From NCBI GenBank assembly GCA_005223125.1, contig NJBH01000003.1, forward strand, positions 32,001-96,000: DNA of 64,000 bases. The letters run 5' to 3'. Positions 31,337 through 41,268 of the stretch are shown piece after piece. A program made the translations under genes and the position numbers. The notes under the pieces were generated by a model. It was not told the origin of the DNA. It worked only from the letters and a program-made list of their open reading frames with translations, and did no database searches. Every line of letters begins with the position of its first letter. The first letter of the stretch is position 1. This DNA comes from Promethearchaeota archaeon Loki_b32. GTDB taxonomy: Archaea; Asgardarchaeota; Lokiarchaeia; Sigyniarchaeales; SOKP01.

Positions 31337-32137
31337 TTGAGTATGGAAAAGGGTGAAATATTAGAGGAAAAAAAAGTAATAGAAAATTATGTTGAATCAA
31401 TTTACGTTTATGACAACGCTGGAGTTTGCTTGACAAGTTGCGGAATTAAACCTGAAAATTTGGATGAACATATCGTGTCTGGATTTTTCACAGCAATTAA
31501 GAAATTTGGTCAAAAATTAATTCCTGGAACTGTTGTTAAATCCTTAATAATGAGTGGTCATAAATTATTTTATAATAATTTCGAAAATATTACTTTTTGT
31601 ATTCAATGTTATGACGATCTGCCAAATCAAGTAATTGATTATATTCTAAACAGGATATCAAATCAATTTCTGGAAATTTATCAAGAACGTCTCCCAATAC
31701 GCGATGGAAATATAAGCATCTTCTCAGATTTTAGCACATATTTATCGCAGTTTATGGAACAACCGCTAATTGAAGGTTTATTAGAAGATTTTGGGTATAA
31801 AGTATTATCCGAAGGTGTGATTTTATTTGATGAAATCCGAGAAAAAATTCTTTTTGCAAAAGTTCCAGAAGAATATTCGTCAAGAAAACAAATAGCTATG
31901 AGCGGAATGTTAATTAATTTTGCTAAAAAACTATCAAATGAATATCAAGGTGGAGATGTAAACAGTATATTAATTTCTTCTGAGAATCGGTGGATTTGTA
32001 TCTCGAAAAGAGAATATATTTACATAATTGTTTTGTTTCCTAAAACAAAAAATATCGAACTTAATATAATTGTGGAAAAAACGGAAGAAATATTAGATAA
32101 TATTTTGAAAATGTTAAAAATTGAATTGATAAAATAA
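31337..32137 (+). CDS. Longin-like + roadblock/LC7-like two-domain protein
   Basis: N-terminal 'SIYVYDNAGVCL...IVSGFFTAIKKFG' longin pattern; C-terminal 'GVILFD...AMSGMLINFAKKLS...GDVNSILISSE' roadblock pattern. Confidence 0.7.
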   Translation: MSMEKGEILEEKKVIENYVESIYVYDNAGVCLTSCGIKPENLDEHIVSGFFTAIKKFGQKLIPGTVVKSLIMSGHKLFYNNFENITFCIQCYDDLPNQVIDYILNRISNQFLEIYQERLPIRDGNISIFSDFSTYLSQFMEQPLIEGLLEDFGYKVLSEGVILFDEIREKILFAKVPEEYSSRKQIAMSGMLINFAKKLSNEYQGGDVNSILISSENRWICISKREYIYIIVLFPKTKNIELNIIVEKTEEILDNILKMLKIELIK

Positions 32138-32221
32138 CAATTATAAATTTGAACTGTAATTAAATATTAAGAATAAAATTATAAAGATTTTTCATAAAAT
32201 TTGAAAGTCGAATGGATTTGA

Positions 32222-32779
32222 GTGAAACCAATGAATGATACTCATTTAAAATTTGTATTTAAAATAACTGTAATTGGTGATGGTGGAGTAGGAAAAACCT
32301 CTCTAATTAAAAAATATACCGAAGGTACTTTTGAGGAAGATTATATATCGACTGTGGGTGCCCAATTTTCTTTTTATGACGAAAAAATCAATGGAGATGA
32401 ATGTAAATTATATTTTTGGGATATTGCGGGGCAAAAAGAGTTTGAATTTTTACGTTCAGATTTTTATGAAGAGAGCAAAGCTGCTATTATTGTATGTTCC
32501 CTTGAAGAAAATAATCTTGGCAAAGAAAGTCTTAATCACTTAGTAGACTGGTATGAGGATCTTAATAACAACTGTGGTGATATTCCAGTCGTTATCTTTG
32601 CCAATAAAGTAGACTTAATTGATGAAGAAAATTTGGATGAAGGTTATGTTCAAAGCTTCATTAAAGAGAAGAATACTATTGGAGTTTATCGAACTTCTGC
32701 GAAAACTGGTCAAGGGGTAACCGATGCGTTCAGGAAAATAATAAGAGAACTTTATGAAAAATATAAAAGTAATATATAA
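32222..32779 (+). CDS. Rab-like small GTPase
   Basis: G1 GDGGVGKT, G2 STVG, G3 WDIAGQ, G4 NKVD, G5 SAKTG; no C-terminal prenylation Cys. Confidence 0.92.
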   Translation: MKPMNDTHLKFVFKITVIGDGGVGKTSLIKKYTEGTFEEDYISTVGAQFSFYDEKINGDECKLYFWDIAGQKEFEFLRSDFYEESKAAIIVCSLEENNLGKESLNHLVDWYEDLNNNCGDIPVVIFANKVDLIDEENLDEGYVQSFIKEKNTIGVYRTSAKTGQGVTDAFRKIIRELYEKYKSNI

Positions 32780-32817
32780 AGTACTTTTAACAAAATTTTA
32801 AATTAATTTGAAATTTA

Positions 32818-33156
32818 ATGGAGGAATTTGCACTTAAAATGCAAGCAGAAGGAATTATTGTTTTTGATTCTCTACAAGAAAAAATTATTTTTTCCGAAGT
32901 TCCTCCTCAATTTTCTTCACCTCGTCAAATGGCAATTGGAGGAATGTTAATAAATTTAATCAATAAATTTTCAAATGAATTTGAAGCAGGTGAAGTAAAT
33001 AGTATTGTTATTTCTTCAGAAAATAAAATGATCTCCATCTCAAAAAGAGAACATAAATATATAATCGTGTTATTTCCAATGACAAAAGTAATAGAGCATA
33101 ATATCATTTTAGAGAAAACTGAAGAAATATTTAATTCTGTATGGAATAATGAATGA
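32818..33156 (+). CDS. Roadblock/LC7-like protein (paralog of the C-domain of 31337..32137)
   Basis: Aligns without gaps to the C-terminal ~105 aa of the upstream longin fusion. Confidence 0.7.
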   Translation: MEEFALKMQAEGIIVFDSLQEKIIFSEVPPQFSSPRQMAIGGMLINLINKFSNEFEAGEVNSIVISSENKMISISKREHKYIIVLFPMTKVIEHNIILEKTEEIFNSVWNNE

Positions 33157-33171
33157 TGAAGAATTTAAGAG

Positions 33172-33687
33172 GTGAAAAAAGTGGGACTAAAACGTAAATT
33201 GATGGATAAAATGATGCCAAAAGAGTTTGGATTTATCTCTGGTTTATTTCATGTCGGTGTATTTACTCTTCAATCTAGTATTGATGAGACTTTAGGAAAA
33301 ATTGGATATAGTGATTATATATTTCCCGCAATAAAAGAGTCTATGGAGACTGCCGAAAAATTGGGCATTGAGCCAATCGTAGGAGAAGATATCGAAGATT
33401 TTGGAAAAAGATTTATAAAATTAATGAAAACTTCCTTATTAGTGAAAAATGCTTCACTTAAGAAAAGAGCTGACGGTTCTTATGTATTTTCCTTAAACAA
33501 TTGCTTCATGGCAAGATCAGCTCATACAGTTGCCGGAACAAAGGGTGTCTGTCCGATGGCTATGGTCATGGCAGCTATGGTTGAAAAATATACAAATAAG
33601 GAAGTAATGGTGGAATATTCTGATTTAACTCCTAAGGGGAGTGTTACAAATATCATCACTTCTACGACCGATAATGTAAAAAAATAA
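33172..33687 (+). CDS. V4R/Bet3(TRAPP)-like fold protein
   Basis: Helical N-terminus, then YVFSLNNCFMA...GVCPMAMVMAAMVE...VMVEYS; two-Cys V4R-type pattern. Confidence 0.55.
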   Translation: MKKVGLKRKLMDKMMPKEFGFISGLFHVGVFTLQSSIDETLGKIGYSDYIFPAIKESMETAEKLGIEPIVGEDIEDFGKRFIKLMKTSLLVKNASLKKRADGSYVFSLNNCFMARSAHTVAGTKGVCPMAMVMAAMVEKYTNKEVMVEYSDLTPKGSVTNIITSTTDNVKK

Positions 33688-33906
33688 TTATTAATAATGT
33701 TTTTATTATTCAAATTCAAACATCTTTTTTTAAGCTCAAAAAATGTCGTAAAAAAAAAGCTTAAATATAATTTCTATTATAAAGTTTTTGTAAGAATTCG
33801 TTGTTTATTGCTATTGAATTCAATTATTTAACTTCCGAATTTTTACTCCAATTAATTTAACTATTTAAGATTAGAAAGAGGTGTAATATTTATTTCTCAA
33901 GAGGAT

Positions 33907-34560
33907 ATGAAAGATCTAACTACAGATTTAGATGACAAAGTTGTAAGAGCCCTACAAAATAAGGTTGATTCATACGAAACAGAGATCAGTCAACTAAAAG
34001 ATATTCTAGAAAAAAAGGACGAAGAATTTGCAAATCTAGCAAAATCTAAAGATGATATGAGTTCCGAATTAGAGGAAACTCGAAGTAAGCTTTCAGACTT
34101 AGAAAGTAAAACGGGCGACCTTGACAAATTAAATAGTGAAGTATATGATCTAAAAAAAACAATTACTTTAGAAGAGAATGAATTAAATAAATTGAGGGCA
34201 GAAGTAGATGAATTCAAGCCTAGAGTAGCAGAATTAACTAAAAACAATGATGAATTAAAGAGGAATATTGCTGATAATGAATCTAAAGTTAAAGAATTAA
34301 CCGATGCTCTCGCAGAAAAAGAAAAAGCATTCGATGATCAAAAAAGCAGATTAGAAAAAGCCGAAACAGAATTATCAGCACTAAAACCAGCCGAACCATC
34401 TGAATATACAAGTGAAGAACGTTTAATTTGCCCAAAATGTGGCGCTAGAGGTAAAGATTTAAAAGTTGAAGAAGATAAATCTAAAATTTTAGGCTACGTA
34501 GGTCATTCACCAATGTATGGTAAAACTAATGTTTGTAAAAAGTGTGGAACAACTTTTTAG
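33907..34560 (+). CDS. Long coiled-coil protein with C-terminal Zn ribbon
   Basis: About 160-aa heptad region, then CPKC...CKKC. Confidence 0.75.
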   Translation: MKDLTTDLDDKVVRALQNKVDSYETEISQLKDILEKKDEEFANLAKSKDDMSSELEETRSKLSDLESKTGDLDKLNSEVYDLKKTITLEENELNKLRAEVDEFKPRVAELTKNNDELKRNIADNESKVKELTDALAEKEKAFDDQKSRLEKAETELSALKPAEPSEYTSEERLICPKCGARGKDLKVEEDKSKILGYVGHSPMYGKTNVCKKCGTTF

Positions 34561-34801
34561 GGAAGAAGAATAACCAAACCACAATTTTGGCAGAAATTTT
34601 TAATGATTTTTTTAATTTTTCTTTTTTCTTTTATATTTTTAAACTGAGTTAAAGAAATTAAACTCTTCATTTTGTTTAATACTGCTTTATACTACTAGAT
34701 AATCATCTCAGAAAAAGACTGAACAATTAATAAATTTAATTTAGGTTGCTTTTTTACTTCTAAAAAAGAAGATATATACAATCTTAATTTTAATTTTTAA
34801 A

Positions 34802-35836
34802 GTGAAATACAAATTGATTAAAACAAGAATAACTGAAAAATTTGGGATAAAATACCCGATTATTAGTGCTCCAATGGGACCATTTTATACGACAGAATTA
34901 GCTGTAGCTGTCTCTGAGGCAGGAGGCTTAGGTGTTGTAAGTCATGCAACATTAAGAGGGAAAAATTCAGTAAAGGATTTTAAAGAACAACTAGATTATG
35001 TTGTTGAACATACCGATAAACCATTTGGTATAAATGTACGCGTTGCTCGAATCCAGACAGACCATAGAGTTTTAATAAGAAAAATTCCACAGTGGCGAAA
35101 AGAAAACCCAAAGCTTAGAGAACAATTAATCTTTGGTTTAACTAGTGCTGGAGGGCCCCGTATCGTAGGAAAAATGTGGAAAGAAAAAGCTCCTGATATG
35201 TATCATTTCCATGTTGGTCCAGCAATGTGGCTAATAGATAAAATAGTGGAATCGGGGTGTGTTGGTATTGTCGCAACTGGAACTGAAGGCGGTGGTCATC
35301 AGAGTTATGAAGAGATAACTACATTAGTCTTAGTACAACAAGTTGCTCAAAAATACCCTGATAAATTACTAGTAGCGTGTGGAGGTTTTGCTAGTCCTGA
35401 AGGAGTTGCAGCTGGATTAGCTATGGGTGCTGATGCTGTTGCTATGGGAACACGATTTATAGCCTCTAATCAGAGCGAATTCCATCAAAATTATAAAGAT
35501 CTTATCGCTCCTGCTTCGGCTCGCGATACAATACTTACTACTGGAGGATTTGGACCTATTAGATTATTGAAGAATAAATACTGTCTTGAACACGGTCAAG
35601 TAGTGACTAAAGAAGAAAAAATATCACAAGAATTAGCTTACAATATGGAAGGATATTTGAAAGACCTTATTGCTTATGAAATAGTTTATACAAAAGGCGA
35701 CACGGTTAATGGAGCTGTCCCAGTCGGACAAACATGTGGATTGATCGATTCTATAATTGATGTTGATGATATTGTAAGTGGTTACTCAAAGAAAGCTGAA
35801 GAGTTATTAAAGAAACTATGCTCAAATATATCTTAA
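34802..35836 (+). CDS. Nitronate monooxygenase/FabK-like FMN enoyl reductase
   Basis: YPIISAPM, VSEAGGLG, GTEGGGH, GADAVAMGTRF, GQTCGLI. Confidence 0.85.
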   Translation: MKYKLIKTRITEKFGIKYPIISAPMGPFYTTELAVAVSEAGGLGVVSHATLRGKNSVKDFKEQLDYVVEHTDKPFGINVRVARIQTDHRVLIRKIPQWRKENPKLREQLIFGLTSAGGPRIVGKMWKEKAPDMYHFHVGPAMWLIDKIVESGCVGIVATGTEGGGHQSYEEITTLVLVQQVAQKYPDKLLVACGGFASPEGVAAGLAMGADAVAMGTRFIASNQSEFHQNYKDLIAPASARDTILTTGGFGPIRLLKNKYCLEHGQVVTKEEKISQELAYNMEGYLKDLIAYEIVYTKGDTVNGAVPVGQTCGLIDSIIDVDDIVSGYSKKAEELLKKLCSNIS

Positions 35837-35907
35837 AATTCTTTTTTTTTTCTCTTCTTAAATTTTTAATTATAATAGAAATAAAAAAATATTAGAAATT
35901 ATTATTA

Positions 35908-37701
35908 TTATTCTTTTCGTAATTCTCTTCTTAATATTTTACCAATTACTGATTTTGGTAACTCTGGGACAATCTCTACTACCCTTGGATATTTATATGG
36001 CGAAATATTTTCTTTACACCAAGCCATTAAATCTTCCTCAGTTACTTTCCCCTGATATTCTGGCTTTAGTGAGACAAAGGCTTTAATAGTTTGACCTGCT
36101 TCAGGATCAGGCACACCAATAACCCCAACTTCGTTCACAGCTTCATGTGTGTAAACGAGATCCTCTACCTCTCTAGGAAACACACCGTGTCCTTTATATT
36201 TAATCATATCACGCTTTCGATCTTTAATCCGAAGATACCCATCCTTATCTATACACCCTATATCTGCGGTATAATACCATGTTGTCCCTTTTGAATCCTT
36301 TCTTAATGCGAATTTAGTATCTTTTTCTCTTCCTAAGTATCCTAACATCAATTGAGGACCAGTACTACATATTTCACCTATATATTGAAATTCGTCTGGA
36401 CCACAATTTTTACAGCTCTCATTAGGACATTGAGGTAATTTTTTGGTACCTTCCTCGGCATCGACTATCTTAACAAAAGTATCGGATATCGGAAATCCAA
36501 CTGTGTTTGTTTTTTGGAGTTCTTTTCTAAAAGGATTTAGAGCCACAACTGGAGAGAATTCCGACATTCCATAACCTTCTACGAGACTTGCCCCCGTAAT
36601 TTCTTCGAATTCCTTTTTAACTTCTTCAGGTAAAGCACTAGCTGCTGATATGCATGCTATAAGGGAATCTAATTTCCCTTTATATTTTTTAGAGTCAGGA
36701 TCTTGATTAATTTTTATATATAGGGTAGGAACTCCTGGCATATAGGTAGCCTTTTCTTTACTTATATAGTTCAATATTTTAGATATTTTTTCTGGAGGTC
36801 GTGGCAATAAGATCATCTTCCATCCCTCTAATACCGAAACTGTCATTCCTATATTTCCAAAAGAATGAGCAAGAGGCACTACAAGCAACATTCCTCCTTT
36901 ACCCTTTAACTCGTTCATTTTTGGTAATTGGGTTGTAGCCCATATATCGGTCTGAAGCGCGTTGACAACCATAGAATAGTGAGAAGTCATTACTCCTTTA
37001 GGGACACCAGTAGTCCCGCCTGTATATATTAAGATAGAAATATCTTTTTCGAGATCGATTTCTACTTTTGGAACCTCTATTGGAAGTCCATTTTTTAAAA
37101 CTTCTTGAAATTTATGGAATATAATATCACCTATTTTTTCTGGCCATTCTTTCATTCTAGGAACTTTCCCAAGAGCAGTTCCTAGTTTAGCTTTTAATGG
37201 CGGTAAATATTCTGCAGTTCCTGTTAAGATGACACACTCAAGTGTAGACATTTTACTTAATTCTTTGCCAAGTAAATACTCTTCATATAAAAAATCTAGA
37301 ATTACTAGTATTTTAGCTTTTGAGTCGTTAACTTGATGGACAATTTCAACAAATCGGTTAACAGGAAGTATTGGATTAGACACAGCTCCAATTCGAACAG
37401 TAGCCCAATGAGCAATGACGTATTGGGGTACGTTTGGCAAGTCTATGCAGATTACATCTCCTTTTTTTACTCCTAATTTAGCCAAGCTTGTAGCGAATTG
37501 ATCAACAAGCATATCTAATTCTAAATATGTCATTCGAAATCCTTCAAAATAGATCGCTTGTGAATCCGGATACCTTATTGCAGTTCTACTTAAAAGTTCT
37601 CCCAGAGGAATTTTATCATAATCGACATGCCTTGGTACTTCTTTTGGCCAGTTTTTATTGATTCCATAAAATTCTATTAGTTCTTCATCACTCATTTTCA
37701 T
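35908..37701 (-). CDS. Long-chain fatty acid--CoA ligase
   Basis: YTGGTTGVPKG, GYGMSE, DRKRDMI, GKILRR. Confidence 0.9.
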   Translation of the reverse strand: MKMSDEELIEFYGINKNWPKEVPRHVDYDKIPLGELLSRTAIRYPDSQAIYFEGFRMTYLELDMLVDQFATSLAKLGVKKGDVICIDLPNVPQYVIAHWATVRIGAVSNPILPVNRFVEIVHQVNDSKAKILVILDFLYEEYLLGKELSKMSTLECVILTGTAEYLPPLKAKLGTALGKVPRMKEWPEKIGDIIFHKFQEVLKNGLPIEVPKVEIDLEKDISILIYTGGTTGVPKGVMTSHYSMVVNALQTDIWATTQLPKMNELKGKGGMLLVVPLAHSFGNIGMTVSVLEGWKMILLPRPPEKISKILNYISKEKATYMPGVPTLYIKINQDPDSKKYKGKLDSLIACISAASALPEEVKKEFEEITGASLVEGYGMSEFSPVVALNPFRKELQKTNTVGFPISDTFVKIVDAEEGTKKLPQCPNESCKNCGPDEFQYIGEICSTGPQLMLGYLGREKDTKFALRKDSKGTTWYYTADIGCIDKDGYLRIKDRKRDMIKYKGHGVFPREVEDLVYTHEAVNEVGVIGVPDPEAGQTIKAFVSLKPEYQGKVTEEDLMAWCKENISPYKYPRVVEIVPELPKSVIGKILRRELRKE

Positions 37702-37814
37702 TCATATTTGTTTATTAGATTTATGTAATATTATTCATTTTGATATTATTTAAAATTTTAAAAAAACAGTATGAAGAAACCTAATCTTAAAATTCTACAA
37801 AGAAGAAATAAAAG

Positions 37815-38252
37815 TTAAATTCGCATTTTGTATAAATTTTTATCTGGGATATAACTCATCATAATTAAATCATCTCTGATCTCCCAGCCTAAGTTTCGAT
37901 AAAATTCAATAACTTCTTTATTATACTTTTCAATAAATAAATGAACCTTATGTACTTTTAATTCAAGAAATTTATTCATTAATTCACCCATTATCATTTT
38001 ACCATATCCTTTCTTTTGATAATCTGGATCTACAGCAAGATGATGGACATATCCTCTTCTCCCATCAAATCCTCCTATAACTACACTGATGATTTTCTCA
38101 TATATTTTTCCAACTAAGAAAAGTTGAGGTGTTCGTCGAACGACCCTCTCAAGTTCTTCTTTAGTATCTGTGGATCCTACACTAATTCCAGATTTCCTCC
38201 AAAGTTCAACAACTTCTCCATAGAATTTCATTGAGAACTTTTTAATAATCAT
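37815..38252 (-). CDS. GNAT acetyltransferase (YpeA-like)
   Basis: GGFDGRRGYVHHLAVDPDYQKKGYG, FYRNLGW. Confidence 0.85.
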   Translation of the reverse strand: MIIKKFSMKFYGEVVELWRKSGISVGSTDTKEELERVVRRTPQLFLVGKIYEKIISVVIGGFDGRRGYVHHLAVDPDYQKKGYGKMIMGELMNKFLELKVHKVHLFIEKYNKEVIEFYRNLGWEIRDDLIMMSYIPDKNLYKMRI

Positions 38253-38272
38253 GGTAATGAGATAGTATGAAT

Positions 38273-40357
38273 TTACCTATTAATAGTTTCTAATGATAAA
38301 TTTTGAATTTTTTTTTTAATTTCAGTTTTTGAATTGATAATATTTCGAATATAATCCGAAATTTCCTTTCTTGCATTAATTTCAGAAGGAATAGGTAAAA
38401 CCACTTCCATAATTCGATTTCCTATAGTTGCTATTGTTCCTTGAACAAAAGTTATTGCTTGTATTTGTTTTTGAACAATATCCAAATTTAATAAGTATAA
38501 CAGGAGGTATGAGTCGATGTACTCATCGTTTTCTAAGGTTTTTATCTGAAAAATGTGACTCTGGATAATGATTTTAGTATCTAATTTAGTTATAAAGGCG
38601 GTCTTTCCTATTAAATTAGGACCACCATCCTTCACTAAAAGAATATCATTTTCTTCAATATTTTGTTTGGGTTTATACTGTTCATACACTTCTTGACTAG
38701 TTTTTTTATATGAGTCCAAATTTATTTCCCAATTGTTTAACTCACTAGTTCGAATAAATGGGATATCCCCTAATCCATATACATGTGAACCTATCTCATC
38801 CCCTCGTGGAAGATACCCTCCTTTATTAGTATAAATTATTTTCCGGTCTGTTAAATCTTTAACAGTTAAAAGTATGAAATTTTGATCACTTTCCAACTTC
38901 TTTAACGTTTTTTCTACACCAGTATAATAAATTGGGATGAATATTTTATTTTTAATCTGCTTGTATTTAATTTTGAAGATTTTTTGATCCTTTAAATAAT
39001 TAAATTCTCCAGCTTCCTTTATTCTTAGATGTAGATCGATTATTTCGTCATTTATTAATGGATTTCCAGTAGAATCTAATTTTCTGCTTCCATCTTTATT
39101 CAGTTTATATAAAACTTTTCCATCTTTATCATGACCTACATTTTCTACAATTGCAAAATCAATTATATAGTCTTCTGGAATATTTTTCAATTTTTGAAAG
39201 AATAAAATACTTGTTTTATTACATGTATAGGGTTGAAATGTATTCTGATCTAATGAAATTATGCCTAAAATTTTGCCGTTAGAGGTTAAAAAGTCCCAAA
39301 TATACCGATCTGTAGGATTTCCAAATATTCCTTCTGGTAAAACAATCCCTAATTTCCCTCCCTCTTTAAGTAACTGAACACATCTTTCGATAAATAAAAC
39401 TTGAGGTGCTTGTTGTTTTACTAATTTTTTTTGCATTTCCCATTTATTATCAATATTTTTCCAAACATGTCCTAATTGATAATTCTCTAAAATTACATTA
39501 TCATTAATAGGAATTTTAACTCCAAATGGAGGATTGGTAAATATATAATCAAAAGTATTATTTTTTATTAATCTCTTTGCTGGAGCTCTATAACTCTTTG
39601 GATCTAACGAATCCTCACAAAAAATATTAGCTTTTCCATTGCTTAATATTTCTAAATATAATTTACTAATTTTAGCTAAGAATAGATCTTTATCAATACC
39701 GAATAAGTTAGAGATTGATTTAATTCTTTGTTCTTTGGATTCTATTTTAGACCATAACATTTCTTTTGTTTCAAGCAGAAATCCACCATGACCACAGGCA
39801 GGATCCAAAATTTTTGAATCAATATTAGCCCCCAAATAATTTACCATGAATTTTACTATATTGTGTGGGGTAAAAAATTGTCCTCCTTCGTCTTTTAAGA
39901 TCTTGCTAACAAAGATTTCGAAAGCATCGCTAAAAATATCTTTCGATGATCGAAGAAGTGAAATATCCTGTAATTCTTTAACAACCAAATAAACAAGTTC
40001 TTTTGTCAATGTTATTTGCTCATTTTCGTCCATCACATCATTAAATTTCTTTCGGACTTTCTCATTGAAAAATAATTCAATTCTTTTAAGGAGATGTTTA
40101 TCAGATTCTCCAACTTTTATACAAAATTCTACTTCTTCTTCAAGTTTTTTAGAAATTTCATCAACCAATTTACATAACAAGAGATTAACAATCTGTTTAG
40201 AACGCGCCCTAGTATCTGTATCTGTATATTTTAATTTTCCATATAGATGCTGATTAATTGATGTAAAAACTTGTTTTAAGTTAGTTGCTTTCTTTAAATC
40301 CTTTTTCCTTATTATATCGGATTTTTCCTTTAAAAAATCAGTAATATTAACTGGCAT
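38273..40357 (-). CDS. N6-adenine DNA methyltransferase (HsdM-like) fused to C-terminal HsdS-like TRD
   Basis: GQFFTP, LDPACGHGGFL, TNPPFG; C-terminal IPFIRTSEL...ENDILLVKDG. Confidence 0.85.
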   Translation of the reverse strand: MPVNITDFLKEKSDIIRKKDLKKATNLKQVFTSINQHLYGKLKYTDTDTRARSKQIVNLLLCKLVDEISKKLEEEVEFCIKVGESDKHLLKRIELFFNEKVRKKFNDVMDENEQITLTKELVYLVVKELQDISLLRSSKDIFSDAFEIFVSKILKDEGGQFFTPHNIVKFMVNYLGANIDSKILDPACGHGGFLLETKEMLWSKIESKEQRIKSISNLFGIDKDLFLAKISKLYLEILSNGKANIFCEDSLDPKSYRAPAKRLIKNNTFDYIFTNPPFGVKIPINDNVILENYQLGHVWKNIDNKWEMQKKLVKQQAPQVLFIERCVQLLKEGGKLGIVLPEGIFGNPTDRYIWDFLTSNGKILGIISLDQNTFQPYTCNKTSILFFQKLKNIPEDYIIDFAIVENVGHDKDGKVLYKLNKDGSRKLDSTGNPLINDEIIDLHLRIKEAGEFNYLKDQKIFKIKYKQIKNKIFIPIYYTGVEKTLKKLESDQNFILLTVKDLTDRKIIYTNKGGYLPRGDEIGSHVYGLGDIPFIRTSELNNWEINLDSYKKTSQEVYEQYKPKQNIEENDILLVKDGGPNLIGKTAFITKLDTKIIIQSHIFQIKTLENDEYIDSYLLLYLLNLDIVQKQIQAITFVQGTIATIGNRIMEVVLPIPSEINARKEISDYIRNIINSKTEIKKKIQNLSLETINR

Positions 40358-40469
40358 TTATTATTAACTAAAAGATTTTATGCTTTCTATCAACTTTAAC
40401 TTCTCTATAATTCATGTATAATAAATCAATTTATTATTGTTTTTTATTAATTGAAAATTAAAGTAAATT

Positions 40470-41249
40470 ATGTCTTCGAATAATTCGCAATTTGGGGAAT
40501 ATATCGAGTTCACTATAAAAAAACGTTTTGGAATCATAACTCTTAATAGAGTTCATAGATCAAATGCATTCGACATTAAACAATTTGAAAATTTAAAAAA
40601 AGCTGTGGAATATTGCCAGAGCGATGAAAAGATTCGAGGTTTAATTTTAACACATAATGGAACTTCTTTTAGCACGGGTGTAGATTTAGGAGCTATTAAT
40701 GGAAGTCATCATGAAGCTGTAAAATATTTAGAAAAAACTGCAGCTACTATTTGCAAATTAATTTATAATGGAAAACCAGCTATTTGTGCCATTAATGGGA
40801 GAGCTATGGGGGAGGGTGTTGTTTTTTCAACATGTTGTGATTATCGAATTGCTACCAAAGAAACTTTTTTTCAAATGCCTGAAATCTTTTCTGGGATATT
40901 TACTGGTACCGGTTGTTTAGTGCTCTTTTCTAGAATAATTGGAATTTCTTGGACTAAAAAAATGTGCATGTTTGCTGAAAGGATTTATGCTCAAAAAGCT
41001 TTAGAAATTGGTTTAATAGATCAAATTGTAAATAATAAGGAAGATTTAATAAAAGTTGCCTTAGATAAAGCAAAATTTCTTTATACAAAAAACCAAACTG
41101 TATTAAATGCGATCAAATTATGCTGTAATCACTTGGCTGATAAGTCTTACAATGAAGCGTTTGAACTAGAAAAAATCGGATCAGGATGGTTTGAGTTTGA
41201 AGATAAAGAGAAATATCTTAAGGATTTTAGAGAAAAATTTAATTATTAG
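40470..41249 (+). CDS. Enoyl-CoA hydratase/isomerase family protein
   Basis: FSTGVDL, KPAICAINGRAMGEG, MPEI. Confidence 0.85.
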   Translation: MSSNNSQFGEYIEFTIKKRFGIITLNRVHRSNAFDIKQFENLKKAVEYCQSDEKIRGLILTHNGTSFSTGVDLGAINGSHHEAVKYLEKTAATICKLIYNGKPAICAINGRAMGEGVVFSTCCDYRIATKETFFQMPEIFSGIFTGTGCLVLFSRIIGISWTKKMCMFAERIYAQKALEIGLIDQIVNNKEDLIKVALDKAKFLYTKNQTVLNAIKLCCNHLADKSYNEAFELEKIGSGWFEFEDKEKYLKDFREKFNY

Positions 41250-41268
41250 ATATTAAAATTGAGTAAAA

